The translations under genes were made by a program, and so were the position numbers. The notes beneath the pieces are model-generated. The model did no database searches. It saw only the letters and a list, made by a program, of their open reading frames with translations, and was not told where the DNA came from. From contig CAVUVW010000021.1 in NCBI GenBank assembly GCA_963745035.1, forward strand, positions 352,001 through 416,000: 64,000 bases of DNA, given 5' to 3'. The stretch comes from an uncultured delta proteobacterium (lineage in GTDB: Bacteria; Desulfobacterota; Binatia; UBA9968). Position 1 is the first letter of the stretch; each line of letters starts with the position of its first letter. Below, piece after piece: positions 8,705 through 19,404 of this stretch.

Positions 8705-9430
8705 TCAACGGGTTCTCGGCGCCGGACGGTCCGCCACCACGTTGGTGGTCGCCGGTGAGTTCTGCAAAACCAGGAGGGCATCCAGCCCGACGCGCAGCGC
8801 GATACCCGGTATGCTGCGATACAGCCGGAGTACCTTGAACTGAGTGCCGCCGAGCTCGGCCAGAAGATAGCTTTGCGCGCTCAGGATCGCTTTTCTTTGC
8901 AGCGTGACCAGCTCCTCGCTCAATTGATCTTCGCGCTGCCACGGCGTGCGCAAGCCAACCAGCACCAGCACGGTACCATTGGTCGCGGCGCTCTTGAACA
9001 GCATTGATGGCACTTTGTCCGACGAGGGTGTCTCCTCGACCACCGCGGGCCGGTCGAGCAGGACGTTGACGACGTTGCCCGAGTGGGCGAGCTCGGCCAG
9101 CGCCTCCGGGCCGACCTCTAAGGCGATTCCGGGAATGCGATCGTAACGACGCGTAACCCGATAGGGCTTGCCAAAGAGCTCGGACAATAAATCGGACTGG
9201 ATCGCAGCGATCGCTTCGCGTTGCTCGTGGATCTGGCTCTCGCTCAAACCCGATTCCATTTGCCAGGGAACCTTGAGACCGACGAGGACCGCCACCATGC
9301 CGTGAGCGGCCGCCTGATCGATCACCTCGACGGGCACTTTTGCACCCGTTTGCGCCGCGTGCGCCGCGCCGCAGACGAGCGCGAGGGCCGAGCCGACGGC
9401 GCACAACAAGAGTGTTTTGGGAAGTTTCAT
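8705..9430 (-). CDS. secreted protein with two tandem subtilisin-propeptide (inhibitor I9)-like domains
   Basis: Signal peptide ending AHA; two ~100-aa repeats KVP..VLVGL..PWQ..LSE..QR.AI..QS.LL.EL..IPGIAL..NV..DRPA. The I9 assignment is by resemblance only. Confidence 0.7.
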   Translation of the reverse strand: MKLPKTLLLCAVGSALALVCGAAHAAQTGAKVPVEVIDQAAAHGMVAVLVGLKVPWQMESGLSESQIHEQREAIAAIQSDLLSELFGKPYRVTRRYDRIPGIALEVGPEALAELAHSGNVVNVLLDRPAVVEETPSSDKVPSMLFKSAATNGTVLVLVGLRTPWQREDQLSEELVTLQRKAILSAQSYLLAELGGTQFKVLRLYRSIPGIALRVGLDALLVLQNSPATTNVVADRPAPRTR

Positions 9431-9655
9431 GTTCGTGACCTTCGCTCGATTGACAGGAAACAAACCGTTCGAGTCACGGGGTGAGAAGCGGCGCTGTGCT
9501 TGCCCAACTGCATCCTAAACCGTTTGAGGCAATGATGTCCAGAGAATATGCCGGCGATCGACAATCCCCGGAGAACTCGCCGCGCGAGCGGAAAACTTGG
9601 CGCCGAGTATGGTTGTTTAGGCGGCGGTATGATATTGACCGGCTAGGAGAAGTTC

Positions 9656-9946
9656 ATGGAAGAGTCGTCGGTTAAACGTTTGTTCGTCGGCATCAAGATC
9701 ACCAAGTCGCTGCAGGATGATTTGGATAGTCCAGCCCCCGGCACCAAGCACTATTTCGAAGGCAACAACAACGAGTATCTGCAGATCGTCAATTTCGGCG
9801 ATGAGAGGTTTATCGGTCGCTACCTCAAAGACGGATTTCCCGCCGCCAACATCAGTGACGTGAGCCGCAATGTCTGCAGCATCGTCAAGCTGATCGCCCG
9901 CGGGCGGCGCATCGAAGACAACGACGTCCATATCTATTCGTGCTGA
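9656..9946 (+). CDS. hypothetical protein (96 aa)
   Basis: AGGAG SD, host-like codon usage, globular-looking sequence. Confidence 0.75.
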   Translation: MEESSVKRLFVGIKITKSLQDDLDSPAPGTKHYFEGNNNEYLQIVNFGDERFIGRYLKDGFPAANISDVSRNVCSIVKLIARGRRIEDNDVHIYSC

Positions 9947-10079
9947 GCGCATCGAGCTCCGCTCCGATTCCGCGCCATCGAGCCATCGGATTGCCTTTTG
10001 TCTTTCTCGCCGGCATCTGGCCGCGTCATTGCGCCGCCGCGCTGCTGGACCGCAGCCCAACGTCTGTTATAACTAGGCG

Positions 10080-10802
10080 ATGCAAACTCTCCAGGTAACC
10101 CTGTGGATGTACGCAAACGCGTTCTGGCGCTCCTGGGAATGCGCCGCCAGAAATTGGGTGGTGAGCTTCGCTCCGGTTGCTTACGGCATTATCCTGGCGG
10201 TGATCGCGTCGCTGGTGGCGCCGTTGGGGATCGTCGGCGCGCTGCTGTTTTCGCTGGCGAGCCAGGCGTGCGTGAGCTCGGGGCTCTTCCTGATCAAGAA
10301 CATGGTCGAGAACAACAAAGCCGACTTCAACGATTTTCTGAAGGGCTTCACGGTGTTTCTCTGGGAGCTGCTGGGCATCGCTTTCATCCTTTGGATTCCG
10401 CTCCGGGTTCTGTCCATGGGGCTGGCGACGGCGCCGAACGGCGCGTTGATTTATTTCCTGGTCAAGCTGGCGCTCTACATTCTTCTCAACCCGGTCCCAG
10501 AGTTCATTTACCAGACGCGCGCCTCGGGGCTGGAGCTGATCAGCTCCAGCTACAACTTTATCGTCGAGAACTGGATCGAGTGGCTGATTCCGAATATCGT
10601 TCTGTTCGCGCTCGGATATTTCCTGCTGGAACTCCTCGAGCCGCTGCTCTTTGGCTTGCCGGGATTCGTCGCGCTTTTCTTGTACGCCTTCATTGCCGGG
10701 CTGGCATTGACCTATTTTATGATCTTTCGCGGCTTTCTCTTCGCCCAACTGCACGGCACCACCCGCCGCAGCCGGCTGTACCGCTACAAGTCGCAAAGCT
10801 GA
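10080..10802 (+). CDS. hypothetical integral membrane protein
   Basis: About six hydrophobic segments; host-like codon usage; directly upstream of hisS. Confidence 0.8.
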   Translation: MQTLQVTLWMYANAFWRSWECAARNWVVSFAPVAYGIILAVIASLVAPLGIVGALLFSLASQACVSSGLFLIKNMVENNKADFNDFLKGFTVFLWELLGIAFILWIPLRVLSMGLATAPNGALIYFLVKLALYILLNPVPEFIYQTRASGLELISSSYNFIVENWIEWLIPNIVLFALGYFLLELLEPLLFGLPGFVALFLYAFIAGLALTYFMIFRGFLFAQLHGTTRRSRLYRYKSQS

Positions 10803-10876
10803 ACGCCGCTTGCCGCCAATCAACTTGACCTGCCCGGTTTCTTATGGTGTTTTGATGGGACGCCCGCCGCACGTTT

Positions 10877-12160
10877 ATGAAGATCCATAGCATCAAGGGA
10901 TTCTCGGACATCCTGCCCGGCGAAGTCGAGCTGTGGCAATCGGTGGAAGCCGCCGCGCGCCGCGTGTTTGACGCCTACGCGTTCGCCGAGATCCGCATTC
11001 CGATCGTGGAAAAGACCGAGCTCTTTAGCCGATCGATCGGCGAGAGCACTGACATCGTCGAAAAGGAAATGTACACCTTCGAGGACCGCGACAGCCGCGC
11101 GCCCGAAGGGACCGAGTCGACCCGGCTAACCCTGCGTCCCGAAGGCACGGCCGGCGTGGTGCGCGCCTACATCGAAGGGGAGATGTTCAAGGTCGAGCCG
11201 GTGCGCAAGCTCTATTACATGGGTCCGATGTTCCGGCGCGAGCGGCCGCAGAAGGGCAGGATGCGCCAGTTTCACCAGATCGGGGCCGAAGCGCTCGGAC
11301 GCGCTGATCCGCTGATCGACGCCGAGATTTTGCTGCTGCTGCATGATTTTTTCATCGCGGTGGGTCTAAGCGAACCGGCGCTACAGCTAAATTCCCTCGG
11401 CGATGCGGCGTGCCGGCCTGAATATCGGGAAAAGCTCCTCGCCTTTCTAAAAGCTCGGCAAGATTCCTTGTGCGCTGATTGTCGGCGGCGCATCGATCGC
11501 AATCCACTGCGCGTTTTGGATTGCAAAGAGCCGGGCTGCATTGCCGCGACCCGCCACGCGCCGTCGATTCTCGATTCGCTGTGTACACCCTGTCACGAGC
11601 ATTTCGCCGCGGTGCAGCGGCTGCTCAACGATACAAAAATAAATTTTACGCTCAATCCGCGCATGGTTCGCGGTCTGGATTATTATTGCCGGACGACTTT
11701 CGAATGGACGACCGCGCTGCTCGGCTCCCAGAGCGCGGTGGCGGCCGGGGGGCGCTACGACGGCTTGGTGCAGGAGCTCGGCGGTCCGGCGATTCCCGGC
11801 GTCGGTTTTGCCCTCGGCGTAGAGCGGCTGACGATGTTGCTCAACATGCAGGAGCGGGCGGCGCTCGGCGGCCCGGCCATTTACGTCGTCTGGGTGGGTG
11901 AGCAAGCGCGCGACTGGGTCTTCCCACACGTTCATCGCTTGCGCCAAAGCGGCATGCGAGTCGAGATGGAAGGGGAATCGCGCAGCCTCAAGAGCCAAAT
12001 GCGCCGCGCCGACAAGCTCAGGGCCGGCGCGGTATTGATCGTCGGCGACGACGAGCTCAACAAAGGCGCGGCGATTTTCCGCCACATGGCGAGCAAGCAA
12101 CAGGAAGAAATCAAACTCGACGAGCTGGAGGCGGTGTTGACGGCGAGGAAGGAAAGTTAG
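10877..12160 (+). CDS. hisS: histidine--tRNA ligase
   Basis: LRPEGTA, FRRERPQKGR, RGLDYY, GGRYDGL. Confidence 0.97.
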   Translation: MKIHSIKGFSDILPGEVELWQSVEAAARRVFDAYAFAEIRIPIVEKTELFSRSIGESTDIVEKEMYTFEDRDSRAPEGTESTRLTLRPEGTAGVVRAYIEGEMFKVEPVRKLYYMGPMFRRERPQKGRMRQFHQIGAEALGRADPLIDAEILLLLHDFFIAVGLSEPALQLNSLGDAACRPEYREKLLAFLKARQDSLCADCRRRIDRNPLRVLDCKEPGCIAATRHAPSILDSLCTPCHEHFAAVQRLLNDTKINFTLNPRMVRGLDYYCRTTFEWTTALLGSQSAVAAGGRYDGLVQELGGPAIPGVGFALGVERLTMLLNMQERAALGGPAIYVVWVGEQARDWVFPHVHRLRQSGMRVEMEGESRSLKSQMRRADKLRAGAVLIVGDDELNKGAAIFRHMASKQQEEIKLDELEAVLTARKES

Positions 12161-12163
12161 TCG

Positions 12164-13972
12164 ATGGCGGAGCGGGTTTTTAGCGATGCAGTTGGGCGAC
12201 TGGAAGCGGAGCTGCGTACTGCGGTGAGCCGCGCGCGGCTTCGGTCGGCGCAGAGCTGACTCTTGCCGGCTGGGTGCACAGCCGACGCGATCACGGCGGC
12301 GTGATTTTCGTCGATCTGCGCGATCGCAGCGGCATCTGCCAGGTGGTTTTCAACCCGGAGTTCGATCCGCTCTCGCACGAGAAGGCCAAACAGATCCGCT
12401 CCGAAGACGTGATCGCGGTGCGCGGCACTTTGTCGAAGCGCTCGCCGGAAACCATCAATCCCGACCTCGCCACCGGGGAAGTCGAGTTGATATGCAAAGA
12501 GCTGCGCTTGCTGAACGCCTCGGCGGTGCCGCCGTTCGCTCATCGAAGACGAGACCGAGGCCAACGAAAACACCCGGCTCAAGTACCGCTATCTCGATCT
12601 GCGCCGGCCGCAAAGCTTGGGGCATCTGCTGCTGCGCTACCGCATGACCAAGCTGATCCGCGATTATCTCGACGGCGCGGGGTTTATCGACGTCGAGACG
12701 CCGGTGCTGACCAAGAGCACGCCGGAAGGGGCGCGCGACTATCTCGTGCCGAGCCGGATCTATCCCGGCAAGTTCTACGCGCTGCCGCAGTCGCCGCAGC
12801 TCTTCAAGCAGATCTTGATGGTCGGCGGGCTCGACCGCTATTTTCAGATCGTCAAGTGTTTTCGCGACGAGGATCTGCGCGCCGACCGCCAGCCCGAGTT
12901 CACCCAGCTCGACATGGAAATGTCGTTCGTCGAGCGCGAAGACGTGATGGCAGGTGGTCGAAGGGATGATCGCGCTGCTGTTCAAAGAGTTGAAGGGCAT
13001 CGAGCTCGACAGCGACCGTTCCGGCGCCTGACCTACGAAGAGGCGATGAACCGCTTCGGCTCCGACAAGCCCGACATGCGCTTCGGCCTTGAGATCCGCG
13101 ATTTCAGCGCCGCACTGAGCGCCTGCCAGTTCAAGGTGTTCGCCGGCGCGATCAGAAAGGCGGCGTGGTCAAGGGCATCCGCATTCCCAAGGGCGGGGAC
13201 ATGTCGCGCAAGGATTTGGACGACATGACGCCGTTTGTGGCGACCTTCGGCGCCAAGGGAATCGCCTGGACGAAGATCACCGCCGAAGGCTGGCAGTCGC
13301 CCATCGCGAAGTTCTTGTCCGCAGCCGAGCAAAAAGCGATCGAACGGATCGCCGAGGCAGAAACCGGCGACGTGATCGTGTTTTCCGCCGACAGCGCGAA
13401 AATCGTCCATGACGCCCTCGGCAACCTGCGGCTGCATCTCGGCGAAAAGCTCGGGCTGATTCCCGAGCGCGAATATGCGCTGGTCTGGGTGGTCGATTTT
13501 CCGCTTGATGGAATTCGATCCCGAGGAAAAGCGCTACGTGGCGCTGCATCATCCTTTTACCGCGCCGCTCGATGAAGACTTGGCTTTGCTCGAGAGCGAT
13601 GCCGCCAAGACGCGCTCGAAGGCGTACGATCTTGCGCTCAACGGAATGGAAATCGGCGGCGGCAGCATCCGTATTCATCAGGTCGAGCTGCAAAAGAAAA
13701 TTCTCGGCCTGATGGGCATCGGCGCCGAGGAGGCGCAAGCCAAGTTCGGTTTCTTGCTCGATGCCTTGAGCTTCGGCGCGCCGCCCCACGGCGGCATCGC
13801 CTTCGGCATCGATCGCTTGGCGATGCTTTTGAGCGGCGCCAAGTCGCTGCGCGACGTGATCGCTTTTCCCAAGAGCCAGCGCGCCGTTTGCATGTTGACC
13901 GACGCGCCGTCCGAGGTGGAGCCGCGCCAGCTTCGCGAGCTCGGCATGCGCCTGGCGGAGGCGGAAAAATAG
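12164..13972 (+). CDS. aspS: aspartate--tRNA ligase, broken by at least six frameshifts (probable sequencing errors)
   Basis: Fragments [54 protein letters not shown] in successive frames. Confidence 0.93.
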
Positions 13973-14028
13973 CGCTGGACGGGCTATTGCCAGCTCGGCG
14001 TGAATTCTGCTACCTTGGGACCATCGCG

Positions 14029-14695
14029 ATGATGAAACGTTTCGTATCGATCTTTCTGCTGTTTTTACGGCGTGCAGCTTCGCGTCCAGCAATCTGCAAA
14101 GCCGCCATTCCACGGATCTGGAGGCGCGCCGCATCCGCAGAATCGCGGTGGTGCCGCCGAGCGCGCTGAGCGATGAAGCGCGCGGCAAGGCGCCGCTGGG
14201 CGGCGCATTCGGACGCAAAGGCGGGCGGGCGCGACGCCGAGTGAAACTTTGGCGCGCATCACCTATTCCGTGCTCGCGGCTTTGCCCAATTGGCAAATCG
14301 TTTCCGATAGCGAGGTTCGTGAAGTGGCCCAGACCGTGCGCGCCGGCAGTCGAGGCGACGCGCTTCCGGCAGATCGGCGAAAGGGTTTACGCCGACGCCG
14401 TGCTGACCGGCCGCATGCAGCGTTATCGTGAGCGGGTGGGCGATGAGTGGGGCGCCAAGAGCCCGGCATCGGTGGCTTTCGTGTTGGATCTGGTCGACGT
14501 GCGGCGCGGCGACGTGATCTGGTCGGCGACGCTTCGACGAGACGCAGAAATCGCTCAGCGAAAATATTTTCGCGTTGGGCGATATCAGCCAGCGCGGGGT
14601 GCGCTGGTTGAGCGCCGAACAGCTCGCTCAAGAAGGCGTCAAGAAAAGCCATCGCCCAACTCCACCAAATCATCGCCGAGGCGCCGACATCCTGA
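14029..14695 (+). CDS. putative lipoprotein, several frameshifts
   Basis: MMKRFVSIFLLF..TAC lipobox; stitched frames give RIAVVPP, ADAVLTGRMQRYRERVG, PASVAFVLDLVDVRRGDVIW, FDETQKSLSEN. Confidence 0.65.
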
Positions 14696-14716
14696 TCAGT
14701 TGCGTGTTCGCGCCAT

Positions 14717-15331
14717 TCAAATTCTAACCTTGTAGATTGCGCTTGCAATTGCGGCTCGATCTCGAGCGGTTTCGACAATCCGCTCGCTCGACAGCTTGCC
14801 GATATCGGCAAGCTTCCGAAAACTGCCGCGGTCAAGCAGCACGTTGTCGCCGTTTGCCAGCCTGATGCGCAGCGCCGGCACGGGAAAACTTTCGGCCGCG
14901 GTGGAACCGCCGAGGGCAAAACCGCTGTAGACCTGATCGACGCCGAGCGAGATCTCCGCGATCTCGTCGTAGCCGGCGGCGAGCACGATTGTGCGATACA
15001 GACTCTGGCGGCGCAGAGTCAACTGGCGCGCTTCGCTGTCGATTTCGATGGTGCGTCGCTGGGTGATCAGAAAAAACGATATCCCGAACAGGATCAGATT
15101 CATCACCGGGAAATACCAAAGCGAGCCCGCCGGGCCGACAAAGCCGCGCACACGCAGCGCCTCGAGGATCGGCACCGAGACGAAAAGCAGCAGCAGCGCG
15201 ATGCCCAGGCAGAGAAAAGCCGGAAAACGAGCGCCTTGCCAGCGCAGCAAAACTCTGCGCGGCGTTTGCTCGACGGCGCGAAAACCGAGCCGGTTGCCGA
15301 TGGCTTCGAACTGGGCGGGATTGCCGATCAT
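14717..15331 (-). CDS. hypothetical membrane protein (2 TM + soluble domain)
   Basis: Two hydrophobic helices; ATG overlaps the reconstructed cofH stop. Confidence 0.7.
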   Translation of the reverse strand: MIGNPAQFEAIGNRLGFRAVEQTPRRVLLRWQGARFPAFLCLGIALLLLFVSVPILEALRVRGFVGPAGSLWYFPVMNLILFGISFFLITQRRTIEIDSEARQLTLRRQSLYRTIVLAAGYDEIAEISLGVDQVYSGFALGGSTAAESFPVPALRIRLANGDNVLLDRGSFRKLADIGKLSSERIVETARDRAAIASAIYKVRI

Positions 15332-16665
15332 TCCTTAGGGAGGCTTGTAAAAGTCGCGCGTTGGGGGATCAATGCTTGTGGTTTTCTGCTCGCGGTAAAA
15401 ATCCTTGAAGCGATACTCTTTCAGTTGAATGAGGTTGTGATAGGAGCCGAAGCGCTCGCGCCGGATCGTTCACTTCGTCGAGCAGGTCACGGTGCGCGTT
15501 TTCGGTCTCGAAGACCCGCACTTTGCTGGTACGTCGTCGAGCGTTCCGCCGGGATCCGTCCCATGTCGCGAATCAGGTCGCGAAACTGCGACGGCTTCAT
15601 GAGCTGGCCGTAGGACGCGCCGGCGGCGGTGGAGATGCTCTCGTTGATCAACGTGCCGCCGAAATCGTTGGCGCCGGCCAGCAGCGCGATTTGCGAAAGC
15701 TTCGGACCTTCCTTCACCCAGGAAACCTGCAGGTTGGGAATGTCGTGGTTCAGCATCAGGCGCGACACCGCGTACATCTTCATCACTTCGGCGCCGCTGG
15801 CGCCGCGCCGCAGCCCGGCGGGTGGTTTGCGATGAAACATCGGCGCTTCTTCATAGACAAAGCTGAGCGGCACGAACTCGGTGATGCCGCCGGTGCGCCG
15901 CTGGATTTGCCGGAGAATGTCCAAATGAACCGCCTTGTCGCGCGAGCCTTCGATATGGCCATACATGATCGTGGAGGTGGTTGGGATGCCCAATTCATGA
16001 GCGGTTTGGATGAGCTCGATCCACTGCGCCGTGGCGATCCGTCCGGGCGAGATTTGTTGCCGAATTTCATCGATCAGCACTTCGGCGGAAGTGCCGGGCA
16101 GGCTGCCGACGCCGGCGTCTTTTAAAGCCGCGAGATAGTCGCGGACGGTGACGCCGGCGAGCGTCGAGCCGTACAGCACTTCTTCGGGGGAAAAACCGTG
16201 GATGTGGAGATCGGGCAGCGCCGCTTTCAAGGCGCGGCAGAGGTTCACATACTGCCAGCCGTCGATGCCCGGCGCCAAGCCGGCCTGCACGCATACTTCG
16301 GTGGCGCCGAGCTCGTAGGCTTCGCGCGCGCGGCCGATGATCTCCTCGTTGGGTAAAAAGTAGCCTTGCTCGGCCAGATGGCCGCGGCTGAAGGCGCAAA
16401 AGCCGCAGGCTTTGACGCACACGTTGGTGAAATTGATATTGCGATTGATGACGTAGGTGACGACGTCGCCGACGGTGCGGGCGCGCAGGTGATCGGCGGC
16501 GGCGATCATCGCGAAAAGATCCGAGCCGTCGGCGTCGAAAAGCGCTGTGGCCTCGTCGATGGTAATATCCCGATCCGATAACGCGCGCTCCAAGATCGCC
16601 GCCGTGCGCGGCGCAGTGAGCGCAAGCTGTCGTTCCAAGCTGCTTTGCAAGTGCGGGAAATTCAT
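15328..16665 (-). CDS. cofH: FO synthase subunit CofH (radical SAM); C-terminus frameshifted
   Basis: NRNINFTNVC-xxx-CGFC, QVSWVKEG, ANDFGGTLINESISTAAGA. ORF track stops at 15487; two frame corrections extend it to TGA 15328-15330. Confidence 0.8.
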
Positions 16666-16711
16666 GGCGCGACTCTAACGGTTCACACGCCCAAACTCAA
16701 CGAGGCCGCAC

Positions 16712-17257
16712 TTACGGCTCGCGCGGGGGGCGCAGGCAATAGCGGGCGAATTCCTGGAGAAACGCCAGCGTCTTCATGTCGCGCATGCGGTCGAGGTAGA
16801 CGTGGCCGTTCAAATGGTCGAATTCGTGTTGGATGACGCGGGCGTGAAAATCGTCGGCGGTGAAATCGAGCTTCTCGCCGTTGCGGTCCCAGGCCTCCAC
16901 GCGGATGTGCTTGTAGCGCGGTACCTGGCCGCGCAGATCGGGAATGCTCAAACAGCCCTCCCAATCTTCTTCCAGCTCTTCGGAAAGCGGCGTGATCCGG
17001 GGATTGACGAGCACGGTCAACGGCACCTGCGGCTTGCTCGGATAGCGCGGGTTGTCGGCGACCTCCAAGACGGCGACTTGCTTCGATACATGGACCTGGT
17101 CGGCCGCCAAGCCGACGCCGTCATACTCCTTCATGGTTTCAATCATGTCGTCGATAAATTTCTGCATCGCGGACGACTGCAACTCGCGCCGGGAGAAGTC
17201 TGCGGTCACTTTGCGCAGCACCGGATGGCCGAGACGAGCGACTTTGAGTATCGACAT
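16712..17257 (-). CDS. def: peptide deformylase
   Basis: GVGLAADQ, EGCLS, QHEFDHLNG; start MSILKVARLGHPVLR at 17257. Confidence 0.95.
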   Translation of the reverse strand: MSILKVARLGHPVLRKVTADFSRRELQSSAMQKFIDDMIETMKEYDGVGLAADQVHVSKQVAVLEVADNPRYPSKPQVPLTVLVNPRITPLSEELEEDWEGCLSIPDLRGQVPRYKHIRVEAWDRNGEKLDFTADDFHARVIQHEFDHLNGHVYLDRMRDMKTLAFLQEFARYCLRPPREP

Positions 17258-17463
17258 GGGAAATTTTCTAGCACATGGAATTTTGAGGAAAAAGACTTCC
17301 GGCTCGCTACCTTGGCAATAGGCGTCAAGCGCAATCGGACGAACGTGCGCGGTAGACCCCGCCGTGCGAGCTTGATCTTTATCGGCGCGGCTGGCGAAGT
17401 TAGCGCCTAACTGCTTCTCCGCCGCGCCCAAGACGCTTCGAACGTTAGGCTGCAAACCGACTA

Positions 17464-17940
17464 TTATTGCTGAAGCAAAGGAAATGGATTAATCGCGCCC
17501 TCGCCCGGCGTATAGATGCCGTAGTGCAAGTGCGGCGGCGTGCCGCGGGCATTGCCGGTGTTGCCCACATAGCCGACGATATCGCCGGGCATGACGAGAT
17601 CTCCTGGTTCAAAATGACCGAATCGGTCCAGGTGCGCATAGTAATGCATCTGGCGCCCCGGACCGAAGATAAAGAGCACGTTGCCCCCGAGCCGGTTTTC
17701 GCTAACTCTAAACACCAGACCACGAGTGGTGGATCTTATCGGTGTTCCCTTCGGCGCGAAAATATCGATCCCTTGGTGGGTTCGCCCGTTGCCGCGAGGG
17801 GCTCCCCACGTATCGCGAAGAGTGGCCGAAGAAACGCCTGCAACGGGCAGCGGCAAGTCTTTGGGCGGCTCTTCTAAAGCTAAACGCAGCTCGGCAATAG
17901 GTCGCTTGAGCGGACCGGACCAGACCAGCAGGGCAGACAC
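17464..17940 (-). CDS. M23-family metallopeptidase
   Basis: HQGIDIF, YYAHL, GYVGNTGNA, PHLHY; start uncertain. Confidence 0.9.
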   Translation of the reverse strand: MSALLVWSGPLKRPIAELRLALEEPPKDLPLPVAGVSSATLRDTWGAPRGNGRTHQGIDIFAPKGTPIRSTTRGLVFRVSENRLGGNVLFIFGPGRQMHYYAHLDRFGHFEPGDLVMPGDIVGYVGNTGNARGTPPHLHYGIYTPGEGAINPFPLLQQ

Positions 17941-18060
17941 ACCGATAAAAATAGCAGCGTCCAGAAGATCCTCGGCATGATTAAGATTTAACGGGATCTC
18001 CTAAATCTTCAACGGGCCTTTATACTTCATAATGGTTGGCAACCGATAAGTGCGCCTACC

Positions 18061-18090
18061 TTGACATTAGAGACCTAAGGAGTCTATATT
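18061..18090 (+). promoter_or_regulatory. sigma70 promoter of the suf operon with overlapping palindromic operator
   Basis: TTGACA-N18-TATATT; TAGAGAC-N7-GTCTATA palindrome at 18068-18088. Confidence 0.7.
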
Positions 18091-18102
18091 CAAATTCTGG
18101 CC

Positions 18103-18597
18103 ATGGCGAAGAAAGTCAAAGCCAAAATCGAGCGCAGCTCGCTGATGAACGTCGGCCGGCGCGTCGACTACGCGGTGCGGGCGCTCTCCTATTTGGCGGG
18201 TCAGCCGGAAGGCAAGATCGTCAGCCGCTCGGATATCGAAAAAAGCCAGGACATCCCGTCTTTTTATCTTTCGAAAATCATGAAGGATCTGGTGTCCGGC
18301 GGCTTGGTGCAGTCGCACATCGGCTCCAAAGGCGGGTTTGCTCTGGCCAAGGAAGCTAGTGCGATCTCGATCAAAGACGTGTACGAAACGGTCGAGCGGC
18401 CGCTGGTGTTGATGGATTGTCTGGAAAAAGGCGCGAGCTATTGTTCGTTCTGCGCGGTCTGTTTGCAAAAATCGGTATGGGAGAAAGCGCAGCAGGTGCT
18501 CGCGCAGTTTCTCGCCGGCGTGACCATCGCTCAGATCGCCGACGGCCAGGGGCTCAGAGAGCGTCTCATCAAAGCGCCGCTGCAAAAGGCCGTCTAA
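18103..18597 (+). CDS. Rrf2-family transcriptional regulator (IscR-like, Cys-containing)
   Basis: [17 protein letters not shown]-terminal C-x7-C-x2-C-x2-C; alternative start at 18145. Confidence 0.9.
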   Translation: MAKKVKAKIERSSLMNVGRRVDYAVRALSYLAGQPEGKIVSRSDIEKSQDIPSFYLSKIMKDLVSGGLVQSHIGSKGGFALAKEASAISIKDVYETVERPLVLMDCLEKGASYCSFCAVCLQKSVWEKAQQVLAQFLAGVTIAQIADGQGLRERLIKAPLQKAV

Positions 18598-18625
18598 AGC
18601 GGGCAAGTCATTCGAAAGGTACGGT

Positions 18626-19386
<761 letters not shown>

Positions 19387-19404
19387 GCGGCGCGATTTGA
19401 AATC

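Noticed and set aside
9489-9504. CGGCGCTGTGCTTGCC sigma54-like motif
   Set aside because: Weak -24 match in GC-rich DNA and about 150 bp from the next start.
12164-13972. aspS as a true pseudogene or programmed frameshift
   Set aside because: Essential gene with conserved residues intact in every fragment and no slippery sites; sequencing error is more parsimonious.
17258-17455. N-terminal extension of def in the ORF track
   Set aside because: The family N-terminus begins at ATG 17257; the extension is not protein-like.
17983-18009. AAGATTTA-N11-TAAATCTT inverted repeat upstream of the M23 gene
   Set aside because: Only 8-bp arms in an AT-rich promoter region and no assignable regulator; may be chance.
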